This document shows, piece by piece, positions 17,698 to 25,748 of a DNA stretch of 36,275 nucleotides. How positions within the stretch are numbered: position 1 is the first letter of the stretch; each line of letters opens with the position of its first letter. The translations under genes and the position numbers were made by a program. Below the pieces are notes generated by a model, which was not told where the DNA came from, made no database searches, and saw only the letters and a list, made by a program, of their open reading frames with translations. The DNA is from a virus (lineage: Duplodnaviria > Caudoviricetes), in IMG/VR virus record IMGVR_UViG_3300010373_000093, positions 1-36,275 of that record; one strand, 5' to 3'.

Positions 17698-17740
17698 AAA
17701 ACTAGCTGGCTACTTGCCTTAGTAGACTTTCGCCAGCTAG
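17698..17740 (-). terminator. Bulged stem-loop with short U-tract
   Basis: CTAGCTGG-(CGAAAGT bulge)-CTACT-AAGGCA-AGTAG-CCAGCTAG-TTTT. Confidence 0.5.
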
Positions 17741-17764
17741 ATCGGGAGAGATGGACGCGCGCAG

Positions 17765-19828
17765 TTACTTGCTAAGTTTCTTGAGGAGATGCGGGCTAGC
17801 CATCTCCGTATAGTCGATATTGGTAGTCGGAATTGCTTCGCCCAAGTTGGCGTTAGCGGTTACATCCGGAGCGCCCGCGCCACCAAAATAGAGCGCTTGG
17901 GGCTGCTGCTGGCTGTTCTGAACCGGAGGCAGAATCAACTCCATTTCCTTGAGTTCACCAAGCGACTTCTGCATATAGCGGTTGCCGACTTGATTACGCT
18001 TATCCTTGTCGGCGATATTGCCAACCAGACGCGAGACGATGCGATGCTTCTCTTCGATCTCAACACGGCGCGCGTTGGCCATGATCTCGCGCACGGCGGG
18101 GGGTGCGTTCGACTCCTTGAGCCACTGGTCAATGGCCTTGTTACCTGTGTACTCGTCCTTGGTGCCTTTGCCACCCGCTTGCATGGAACCGCCCTTACCG
18201 GAGCCGGAACCATCAAAGGAGTGCATATTCGTGTCGTCATTGTTCATGTACTCATCGTCGTCCTCATCCTTCTTTTTGGCGTTGAGGACAGCGGTGATGG
18301 CCTTTTTCGTTTCCTCGCACTGGCAGTTTGCCGCCAGCGCTTCCAGTTCTTTGCGCTTCATAAGGTCACTTTCTTTCGTAGGTTTGAGAGTGGAATGGTA
18401 CTGGAGAGCCGGCGCAGATCGTGCTTTGGTCGCGTGGTAGTTTGCCGCCGCGATATGGGCATTTTGCAGGTACGGGTTATTGCTTGCTTTGGCACACTTC
18501 GCGGCAACGCGATGAGAGTGAGCCGCAATTAGATGTTCTTCTGCCGTGCCACCCTTCGTAGCATCCTGGCTGGCCTGAGCCGCGCGGAAAGATTCAGGAC
18601 TCGAGGCACCAGCCAGATGAGCCATAAAGCCCTGGCGCTGGCCGTCGTCGGACATATCGGTCTGAGGGACAGGAGGCATGGCGTTGGTAGTTCCTTTCCA
18701 GGAATCGGGTAGGGCAAGTCCTTTGCGCTCGGCAATCGTTTTGATTTTGCTCTTTACCAAGTCGGGATTATCGGCGTGGCCAATGAGACGTGCTGCATGG
18801 TCTACGTCTTCCTGACTCTTAATCGGGAACGACTGATGCGGCCCAGCAAAATCTTCCGGTGCTTCCTTGGCAAGAGCATCTCGCGCGGACTGGTTCCATT
18901 TGGCGTTATAGACGAGGAAAGCAGCTACTTCTTCCACAGCGTTATTCTCCGTTGGCGTGGGAGTTTTTACTTTTTCGGAGTATTCTTCTTCGGCGCTGCC
19001 GGCCTCCGCACTACCAACCCGCGCTTGCTTGGCAGGTTTCAGAACTGGCTCGCCGGGAGTATTGGCTACCGATTCCTTCGGCTCTTTTTCTTTCGGTTCC
19101 TTGGGTGTCTTCGGCGCGGCGGGTTCTTTAGCCTCTTTAGGTTCAGAAGCAGGTTTCTCCTCTCCACCGGGACCATCAAAACCTTCACCCCTGACCTGTT
19201 GAGCCACAGCCTGCGCTTGACCAAGGGGATTGGGACTTTGGCCAAAGGTGTAGGCGTTGTCAGTCGTCTCCTGATTGAAGACACCGCAGCCGTCTTGTAG
19301 CGAGCAAGCGCCTACTTGATCGGGCAGGATGGCAATGTGGTCCGGTTTGTAGTCTTTGGCTACGAACTGATAGGGCTTGCCGTTGTGGTTGGCGCTAGGA
19401 CTGGCCGGTTCGTTCGTTGTGTATAGCCCAGTGGAAAGCTCAATAGGCTGACCGGCCTGGAGTGCCTGAAGAACGCGGTTATCAACCGTGCGTGTTCGCT
19501 CTACGTCAAACCAGCCTTGCGTTTGGAGCTTACCCGTCGTGGGATCGATCTTGGCGTTACGAGCAAAGCCAATCTCGCTCTTCTCGCGTACTCCTGGCGT
19601 GTTGACGGAAACATGCTGACCGAGTACCACAGGATGGTAAACGACAAGCGGGATCGTGTTCCAGGACTTATGCTCTTTGGCTATCTCATCGGGAGGATAA
19701 TAGAGAGCGCCCTTACTCCCGTTGAGAACGCCCGGCACGATCAGAGTCATGGGCGCGACTAAATACTCTCTGCCGTTATGCCGGACACGGGCCGCTTTGC
19801 CCGTTAGATTGGCCGTGATTCGTTCCAT
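17765..19828 (-). CDS. DUF2213-type prohead protease/scaffold protein with inserted DUF6582-like domain
   Basis: VPGVLNGS, PLVVYHP, IELSTGL and PDHIAILPDQVGACS..DGCG motifs. Internal FAGPHQSFPI...LPDSW domain and a long charged scaffold region. Confidence 0.85.
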   Translation of the reverse strand: MERITANLTGKAARVRHNGREYLVAPMTLIVPGVLNGSKGALYYPPDEIAKEHKSWNTIPLVVYHPVVLGQHVSVNTPGVREKSEIGFARNAKIDPTTGKLQTQGWFDVERTRTVDNRVLQALQAGQPIELSTGLYTTNEPASPSANHNGKPYQFVAKDYKPDHIAILPDQVGACSLQDGCGVFNQETTDNAYTFGQSPNPLGQAQAVAQQVRGEGFDGPGGEEKPASEPKEAKEPAAPKTPKEPKEKEPKESVANTPGEPVLKPAKQARVGSAEAGSAEEEYSEKVKTPTPTENNAVEEVAAFLVYNAKWNQSARDALAKEAPEDFAGPHQSFPIKSQEDVDHAARLIGHADNPDLVKSKIKTIAERKGLALPDSWKGTTNAMPPVPQTDMSDDGQRQGFMAHLAGASSPESFRAAQASQDATKGGTAEEHLIAAHSHRVAAKCAKASNNPYLQNAHIAAANYHATKARSAPALQYHSTLKPTKESDLMKRKELEALAANCQCEETKKAITAVLNAKKKDEDDDEYMNNDDTNMHSFDGSGSGKGGSMQAGGKGTKDEYTGNKAIDQWLKESNAPPAVREIMANARRVEIEEKHRIVSRLVGNIADKDKRNQVGNRYMQKSLGELKEMELILPPVQNSQQQPQALYFGGAGAPDVTANANLGEAIPTTNIDYTEMASPHLLKKLSK

Positions 19829-19874
19829 GTTGGAATACTAGCGCCTAGATATACAATCCACAGCGTTAAAGTCA

Positions 19875-20117
19875 CTAGCGCGCGATGAGTCGGACTAGCC
19901 GATAGTTGTATTTCTGGGGCTTGTCGCCGGTGCGGTCCAGAAGAATGTCCAGACCGATAGGCTGGAGCTTCTTGCGCAGATAGTTGAGATGGACGCGGAA
20001 ATTTACGATTTGGCAGAGTTCATCGTCGATGCAGGCAAATAGCTCATCGCGGCTGTGGGGTAGACCATCTTCCAGCACGGCCATCAGGCGGCGTTGCGTT
20101 GGCGTGTAGAGAGGCAT
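19875..20117 (-). CDS. Winged-helix DNA-binding protein
   Basis: TPTQRRLMAVLEDG...SRDEL...VHLNYLRKKL...YRL resembles an OmpR-type wHTH. Confidence 0.7.
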   Translation of the reverse strand: MPLYTPTQRRLMAVLEDGLPHSRDELFACIDDELCQIVNFRVHLNYLRKKLQPIGLDILLDRTGDKPQKYNYRLVRLIAR

Positions 20118-20135
20118 CAGGTTATGCGAGACGGG

Positions 20136-20396
20136 TTAATCGAACTCACGCGGCGCAGAAGCGCGCCCATAGGCAGAGTAGTAGCGGTAGCGCAGACATT
20201 CTAGAAACAACCGGGGGTCTGACTCAGCGGTTACAGGCTTCCAACCAGAAGGTGGGCCAGCCGTAGGGTTCTTGAGGATTTGCACCAGTCCAGGGCTGTC
20301 GTTGGATGTGACCAAACGGTTGCCGATAAGGAGAATTACCCCTTCGGAAACATCTTGCCCGTGGTCGTTAAGGCCGCGAATTTCTACTCCGAGCAT
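20136..20396 (-). CDS. Small protein directly downstream of the kinase domain (candidate immunity/partner)
   Basis: Probable start MLGVEI at 20396, 4 nt after the upstream stop; GGAG RBS. Confidence 0.6.
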   Translation of the reverse strand: MLGVEIRGLNDHGQDVSEGVILLIGNRLVTSNDSPGLVQILKNPTAGPPSGWKPVTAESDPRLFLECLRYRYYSAYGRASAPREFD

Positions 20397-20400
20397 CTTA

Positions 20401-23400
20401 CTACTCCTTTTTATCACCGAACATGCGCTCAAATCCGGAAGCGTCATGGTTGCTCTTGGGATGTCTCTTAAAGGCACCAGCCGTACCGGGCTTATTGATG
20501 TCTACTTCATCACTATAAAGGCCAGCATCCGACTCGGAAGAGGATGGTCTTTCTCCAGAGGCGCTTGTATGAACTGGCCCTATGTTTTGTCCATAAAAGG
20601 CGGGCAGGTCCGTGAATGGCTTCCCACGTTCACCTGCCTTAGCGAGAATATCCAGGCGCTCTTTGGTGAGCTTAATGGCTTCTGGCTCGATTCCGTGTTC
20701 CTTGAGTGCTTTTTCGACCTCTGGCCATTTGCCGGTTAGCTTGGTCATTTCATAAGGCACGGTAAGCCAATCATTGTAGGTGTTGTTGCCGCCGAAGGAA
20801 TGGGTCGGAACCTTCATCTCTTCAAGCAAGTCTTGATTGGAAAAACCGCGTGACTTCACTGCTGGGAACGATAGCCCGTTGTCAATGAGGACCAGTTTAT
20901 TACCGTGCGTCAGCATCCAGTTGTTGTCGTGACGGTCTACGTTGCCTGTCAAATAGTCGAAGCAAGCAGCGCGAATACAGTCGGTGCGCCCATCATACTT
21001 GTCAGCATACCTCACACTGCGCGCGTTTTTGGCCCCTGGCACAAACTTTTGGAGAGAACCTAGTCCGCCGTGGTCTGGTAAGTCGCGTATACAAGTCGGA
21101 GGTACAAGGTCTTCAAAGCCACATATTTTGGCCACGGCATAAGCAGCCGCTTCCCGCCGATACATGGTGCCGCCGTCGATACCGTCGCGCAAGCCATCTT
21201 CTTCAGCGGAAGCTGGCTTTAGCACTCCCTCAACTCCATTATCGAGTGTGACCTTATACGAGCCGTTGATGCCACCACCTAGGTAAGAATCGTGGACTAC
21301 CTTCGCCGTGGCGATGGATTCGGTGCCAGGTATCCGTGGAACATCTTCAACCTTTGGTGCTTCGGGTTTGTCGCCGTGCTTATCAAGGTGGACTGCTTGT
21401 GTGTTGGAATCATCACCCCGCGTCGGTGGATGTGTTACCTTATCTACCAAGCGCAGTTCGGGAGATTCGCCTCGGTCGCTCCGACTGTGCCACTCGGAAG
21501 GCTTCTCACCTGCCGGTTGTCGATCTGCAATCTTGTCCCACTCCTCGCGCTCTTTGGTTTCTTCCCCGTGTTTGCGCGTCTTGAAGGCCATCGGCACCTT
21601 GGTCATGTCCCTCTTGGGGTTGGGCACCACCGCTTCTCGACGGGCAATCGGATCAATTGGGCCAGCAATTCGCACATCGCCACTTTCCTTGGACCAGCGC
21701 CCGCTACGGTCGCGCGGCTGGTTGGGGTCATAGTTGGCTAAAAGGTCGGAGAAGCTCTCCAGAGCGGATTTTTTGGCCTGAAACTGCACAGGTTGCCACA
21801 AGCAACGGCAGTGTGGGTCATGGGCACGTTCGTTGTGGAGCAGTTCTACTGTATAAACTCTACGGGCATTATGACAGGTCGTGCCCCTGGCCGGAATGGG
21901 CTTAACAGTTCCTACTCCCAAAGCGCGGTAGGCATCCAGTTGCCCAGCTTGATGAGCATGAATAACCCCTACACGCGCTGCGGCTCCTGTGAGATGCTTC
22001 GGATAGGACTGATAGAGGCGCGAGAGAGCGTTGACCGTAACGTGACCAGACTGACGCGCGACGTTCTGAGTAAACTCGGCACTGGCTCCTATAAAACCAA
22101 TCTGCGCGGCTGCTTCGACCGAGCCTTGCGTATCACGCGCGCGGCGAGCCAGATCGTAGGCTTTCTGAACGCCCTTGACGTAGGCCGCGCCTAGGTAGTT
22201 GGTCCAGAGGGCATTGTTGGCAAAGGAGCCTCCAGTTCCTTTTTGGCTTCTGCCATTTCCTCTGGCGTTGGCTCCCGGCCCGTCAGATGAATGAACATTT
22301 GCCGTAGTTCGTCCAAGGTCAGTTCCTTGGTATCGGTCAGAGTCAGTTTGGGCTTGATGGAGATGGACATTGTGAACGCCTCCCGAAGTCGCGTTAGGGT
22401 TGACCTCCACAGACTTAAAGGTCTGGAGATCGAAATAGGCCAGTTGATCTTTTTCAAGCGCTAGCTGCCTTGCTGCTGCTTCCTCTGATTTTACCACAGA
22501 CACATCAAGGAAGACCTTGTGGCTCTGGGGATCGTGCCAGGCTCCCAAGTAGTGGTCAGGCTGGCTCAATAGGTCGTGGTTTTTCTTCAAGTAGCGCGCC
22601 AGGTCCACGGGCTTTAGTTCCTTCATCCCCTTGGCAAAAGAGCGCTCAGGATAAGGGCTAACCGCGTAGCCACGACTGGGTTCTCGGCCTGTACCCAGTT
22701 GATAGGTAAAACCACCATCGGGCTTGGCCACTCGGTCAAAAAGGGAGTGGAGCGTCCCTACCGTCGTGGCCGATACGTGCTTCGGTAGAATCTCTGGAGC
22801 AAGCTTAGCTTCGATGTGCGTCTGACCCTTGCCTTCAGCCTCAACGAGCCGGTGGTAGCCATCACCTAGCTCCAGTTCCTTTTGACCAGCGCGACGGTAG
22901 ACCTTGACCGGACCTGGAGTTTGCGACAATAGCCCTCGCTTAACGTCACTTTTGGCCAGGTCGTAATTGGCTTGGTCGAGCTTTAAGGATTTGATGGGGA
23001 TGGAAGTTGTTTCAGTATCCCCCGCGCCTTCAGTAACGTAAGTTGTCGGTGGAGAGTACTCTAGTCCATGATCCTTCATGTACTGGGCTGCGACGTGGCG
23101 GATATGAGCGCTTGGACCAACCGGAACTTCGCCGATACCTTTGATCTTGGCTGTTTTAGGTAAACCAACGAGAGGTTCGGATTCACCGAGAGTGCCCCCA
23201 TTTGTCCACCGTCCGTGGTAATCGCGCGCTTCTTCTGGGTTAAAGTTATAGATATTCTCTTGGCTTGGATCGAAGGTGCCTTGATTGTGCGCGGACTTAA
23301 TCTGATTGGGGTCGAAAGCGATCCACACGCGCGCAGGCTTTCCCGAAGCATCCTTGCCCATGTGGGTAATGCCGTCGAAGCCAAGTTTACGGAGCTTGGC

Positions 23401-24057
23401 AGTCGCTTTCTTATTGCCACCTAAAGCGCTAGAGATGAACTCATAGCCAAACTTGGCCAGGCCAGGATTTTGTAAGAAGTTCTTTGTATGGGCATCGGCA
23501 TCGAAGGGGCGCTTGATATTAAGATAAACAGGTAAGACATGAACCGGCCCTTTACCCTGACTCCCACCCATGACGTTGCCACCACCCCATTCCTTGGAGG
23601 ACTGCTCGCTTTCGGAGAAGTAGAATCCTGGACCCATGAGCGCTCTATCGTTTTGCCGGTTCTTATCAAAGGCCGAGAAGTTGGCCTTGGTGCCGTGGTA
23701 AACGACCAGCGGTCTACCCTTATCGTCGGTAACATGGGAAGGCTCGACAGGTGTAACCGGCTTGGGACGGCCTGTAAGCGCGGAAACGACCTTCGACAAA
23801 AGGCCAGGCTTTTGCGGTTTCGACCAGTCGCCAAACCACTTCTTAAAAGCGCCTGAATGGATATCCGCTTCCTTGCTCGATCCAGCCGATCCACCGGCTC
23901 CCCCTGAAGTCCATTCGCCTCCCCCTGACTCTCCCGAAGGGATACGAGCTTCGCTAGGGTCGTAGTTGGCCAGAAGCTTACGGACAAACTCCGAGCGCAG
24001 ATTTAAGGTCTGAGTCGGATCGTAGCGGAGTGGGTTGGGTCGAGGTTTTCGTTTCAT
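20401..24057 (-). CDS. MuF (Phage_Mu_F/SPP1 gp7-like) polyvalent head protein with ART-like, ParB-like, unknown and PI3/4-kinase-like domains
   Basis: Probable start ATG 24057 (ATGA overlap). ART-PolyVal-like: FKKWFG, PLVVYHGT, GFYF, GFDGI, FDPNQIKS. ParB-like: GDGYHRL. MuF remnant: HAHQAGQLDA..LGV, HDPHCRCLWQP. Kinase: GVLKP, REAAAY, GSLQ, DRHDNN, LIDNGLSF. Confidence 0.85.
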   Translation of the reverse strand: MKRKPRPNPLRYDPTQTLNLRSEFVRKLLANYDPSEARIPSGESGGGEWTSGGAGGSAGSSKEADIHSGAFKKWFGDWSKPQKPGLLSKVVSALTGRPKPVTPVEPSHVTDDKGRPLVVYHGTKANFSAFDKNRQNDRALMGPGFYFSESEQSSKEWGGGNVMGGSQGKGPVHVLPVYLNIKRPFDADAHTKNFLQNPGLAKFGYEFISSALGGNKKATAKLRKLGFDGITHMGKDASGKPARVWIAFDPNQIKSAHNQGTFDPSQENIYNFNPEEARDYHGRWTNGGTLGESEPLVGLPKTAKIKGIGEVPVGPSAHIRHVAAQYMKDHGLEYSPPTTYVTEGAGDTETTSIPIKSLKLDQANYDLAKSDVKRGLLSQTPGPVKVYRRAGQKELELGDGYHRLVEAEGKGQTHIEAKLAPEILPKHVSATTVGTLHSLFDRVAKPDGGFTYQLGTGREPSRGYAVSPYPERSFAKGMKELKPVDLARYLKKNHDLLSQPDHYLGAWHDPQSHKVFLDVSVVKSEEAAARQLALEKDQLAYFDLQTFKSVEVNPNATSGGVHNVHLHQAQTDSDRYQGTDLGRTTANVHSSDGPGANARGNGRSQKGTGGSFANNALWTNYLGAAYVKGVQKAYDLARRARDTQGSVEAAAQIGFIGASAEFTQNVARQSGHVTVNALSRLYQSYPKHLTGAAARVGVIHAHQAGQLDAYRALGVGTVKPIPARGTTCHNARRVYTVELLHNERAHDPHCRCLWQPVQFQAKKSALESFSDLLANYDPNQPRDRSGRWSKESGDVRIAGPIDPIARREAVVPNPKRDMTKVPMAFKTRKHGEETKEREEWDKIADRQPAGEKPSEWHSRSDRGESPELRLVDKVTHPPTRGDDSNTQAVHLDKHGDKPEAPKVEDVPRIPGTESIATAKVVHDSYLGGGINGSYKVTLDNGVEGVLKPASAEEDGLRDGIDGGTMYRREAAAYAVAKICGFEDLVPPTCIRDLPDHGGLGSLQKFVPGAKNARSVRYADKYDGRTDCIRAACFDYLTGNVDRHDNNWMLTHGNKLVLIDNGLSFPAVKSRGFSNQDLLEEMKVPTHSFGGNNTYNDWLTVPYEMTKLTGKWPEVEKALKEHGIEPEAIKLTKERLDILAKAGERGKPFTDLPAFYGQNIGPVHTSASGERPSSSESDAGLYSDEVDINKPGTAGAFKRHPKSNHDASGFERMFGDKKE
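22191..22370 (-). CDS. Nested out-of-frame 59-aa gene inside the MuF polyvalent gene
   Basis: GGGAGG 8 nt before ATG 22370. Product MSISIKPKLTLTDTKELTLDELRQMFIHLTGREPTPEEMAEAKKELE looks like an ordered helical hairpin. Confidence 0.6.
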   Translation of the reverse strand: MSISIKPKLTLTDTKELTLDELRQMFIHLTGREPTPEEMAEAKKELEAPLPTMPSGPTT

Positions 24058-24272
24058 CCGATAAAGTCCTTGTCTTTGGCCATGCTCCAGATTGCCCAGA
24101 GGAGAAAGGCGCAACCTGCCACAAGAACGGGCCACGCGAACCAGAGAGGTATACCCGGTTCCTGATAGACGACGGTGACAACAGAGGCTATCCAGACAAG
24201 AAAGCCGACACCTGTAAGGAGGAAGATAGCCGCGACAAAGGCCAGAGTCAGTAAACCCTTAAGGATGTGCAT
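24054..24272 (-). CDS. Small two-TM membrane protein
   Basis: 72 aa with two strongly hydrophobic helices; RBS AAGGGG; coupled to the MuF gene. Confidence 0.7.
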   Translation of the reverse strand: MHILKGLLTLAFVAAIFLLTGVGFLVWIASVVTVVYQEPGIPLWFAWPVLVAGCAFLLWAIWSMAKDKDFIG

Positions 24273-24281
24273 GTGTGCCCC

Positions 24282-25748
24282 TTAGTGGCTGGAGAGAAGT
24301 CCTGTTACCAGTTTCGCTCCGTTCTCGGTGTTCAGGTCATGCCAGAGCGGATGCTCCATTATAGCCTGGATCGAGTGTTTAAGCATGTGCGTGGCGTAGT
24401 GGATGGCCGGATGGTCAGCGTCCAGGTCGCCTCCCAAAGCAATTGTCTTGCCCGTGGCCGTGTTCGCCGTTTGGAGAGGCAAGCGCTCTTTACCAAAGTG
24501 GCCAGGTGCCGTCCAACCTTGTGGATGAAGATGGAGTCCAGCCCAGACCGCTCTACCCGCTTTACCAGCCACATGCCCTGTCGCTTTCGCTGCACTACCA
24601 GCCTTATGAGCTAGGGAACTGGCTTCCGAGTGAATCAGTCGCCCTTCTTTCAGAAGATGCAGACCCGTCAGGTTCTCCAAGTGATGTTCCGCTGCTTCCA
24701 CTAGATGCGTCACGCCTTTACCGACCCGCGAGTTGGCCAAGGCGCGATGGATATTGCCAAGGTGTTGGGCAAAGGTGGAATGCTGTAACCCAGTCTTCTC
24801 AAAAGCACGGGCCATATGATGCGCAGCTAATAGACTGGCATAGCCGACTCCCGGCATGGCATAGCCACCAAATCCTTGCAGTCCTTCGTGGGCTGCATGG
24901 ACCATATGCTCGGACAAGTGGCCAAAGGCAGTACCAGCCACCGCGCCAGCCGGACCAGCCAGAGCATGGGCTAGGGCACCTTTGATGCCTAGGGTAGCTG
25001 CGGTGGCTCCCAAGTGGAGATAGGGAGCCAGTGCCCCATGCTCCTTTTTCATCTGCTCGTAAAGTTCATTCTGCTTCTGCTCGATTGTCTTGGAACCCTT
25101 CCGGAATGGATTGCGGATGTGCTTTTCTGCCCAAGAGCTAACCTTACTGCCAAGAATGGCCCCCGTTGCCTCCGCAAACGCTCCCAAAGCATGATCCCCA
25201 TGTCCATGCCCTCCATGCTCGCCGTGGCCTCCATGAGCCGCTTCATGGCCTCCACCAGTGGCTTCTTCTACTCCCGCGTGTCCGGCCTCATGGACCGCTC
25301 CTGAAGTTGCGGCAGAGTGAACCGCATCATGTGCGGCTGCTTTGGCGGCAGCATGATGCTCATGGAGAGCAGAGACAGCGTGTTCAACCCCTTCTGACGT
25401 GCCGGCCTGTGCAGCGCGCGCTCCGCCCTGAGCCACGAAGCGAGCGGCAACTTTGGGCAAGTTCTGAATGACTTGCTGCACATGGCCTAGTTCGTGGTTG
25501 ACGTTGGCTAAATTACTCGCCATTGGGTGGTGATGTTCATGGCCACCGTGCCCATGCTCGCCATGCCCAGCGTGCGCTTCGGCAGGCATTCCGTGTTCGG
25601 GCGCTGGCGCTCCAGGTCCACCGTGGCCGGGTTCCGCGCCTCCCCGTTCACCGGGTCGCCCAGCATGGCCAAAGTCACCAGAGCCAGCCCCGCCGTGAAG
25701 GACAAGCCCGGTCGCGCTCTCACCTTTAACAAATGTGAAATCGTTCAT
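24282..25748 (-). CDS. His/Gly/Ala-rich protein, probable internal head protein
   Basis: 488 aa, ATGA-coupled to the portal gene. N-terminal GGAGSGDFGHAGRPGERGG motif and HGEHGHGGHEHHH-type tracts. Confidence 0.7.
   Translation of the reverse strand: MNDFTFVKGESATGLVLHGGAGSGDFGHAGRPGERGGAEPGHGGPGAPAPEHGMPAEAHAGHGEHGHGGHEHHHPMASNLANVNHELGHVQQVIQNLPKVAARFVAQGGARAAQAGTSEGVEHAVSALHEHHAAAKAAAHDAVHSAATSGAVHEAGHAGVEEATGGGHEAAHGGHGEHGGHGHGDHALGAFAEATGAILGSKVSSWAEKHIRNPFRKGSKTIEQKQNELYEQMKKEHGALAPYLHLGATAATLGIKGALAHALAGPAGAVAGTAFGHLSEHMVHAAHEGLQGFGGYAMPGVGYASLLAAHHMARAFEKTGLQHSTFAQHLGNIHRALANSRVGKGVTHLVEAAEHHLENLTGLHLLKEGRLIHSEASSLAHKAGSAAKATGHVAGKAGRAVWAGLHLHPQGWTAPGHFGKERLPLQTANTATGKTIALGGDLDADHPAIHYATHMLKHSIQAIMEHPLWHDLNTENGAKLVTGLLSSH

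Noticed and set aside
24058-24135. Longer N-terminal starts given by the ORF track (also 7957, 12280, 12967, 13731, 15802, 20477, 29162, 34329)
   Set aside because: Downstream starts have better RBSs or stop-start coupling and avoid long overlaps.
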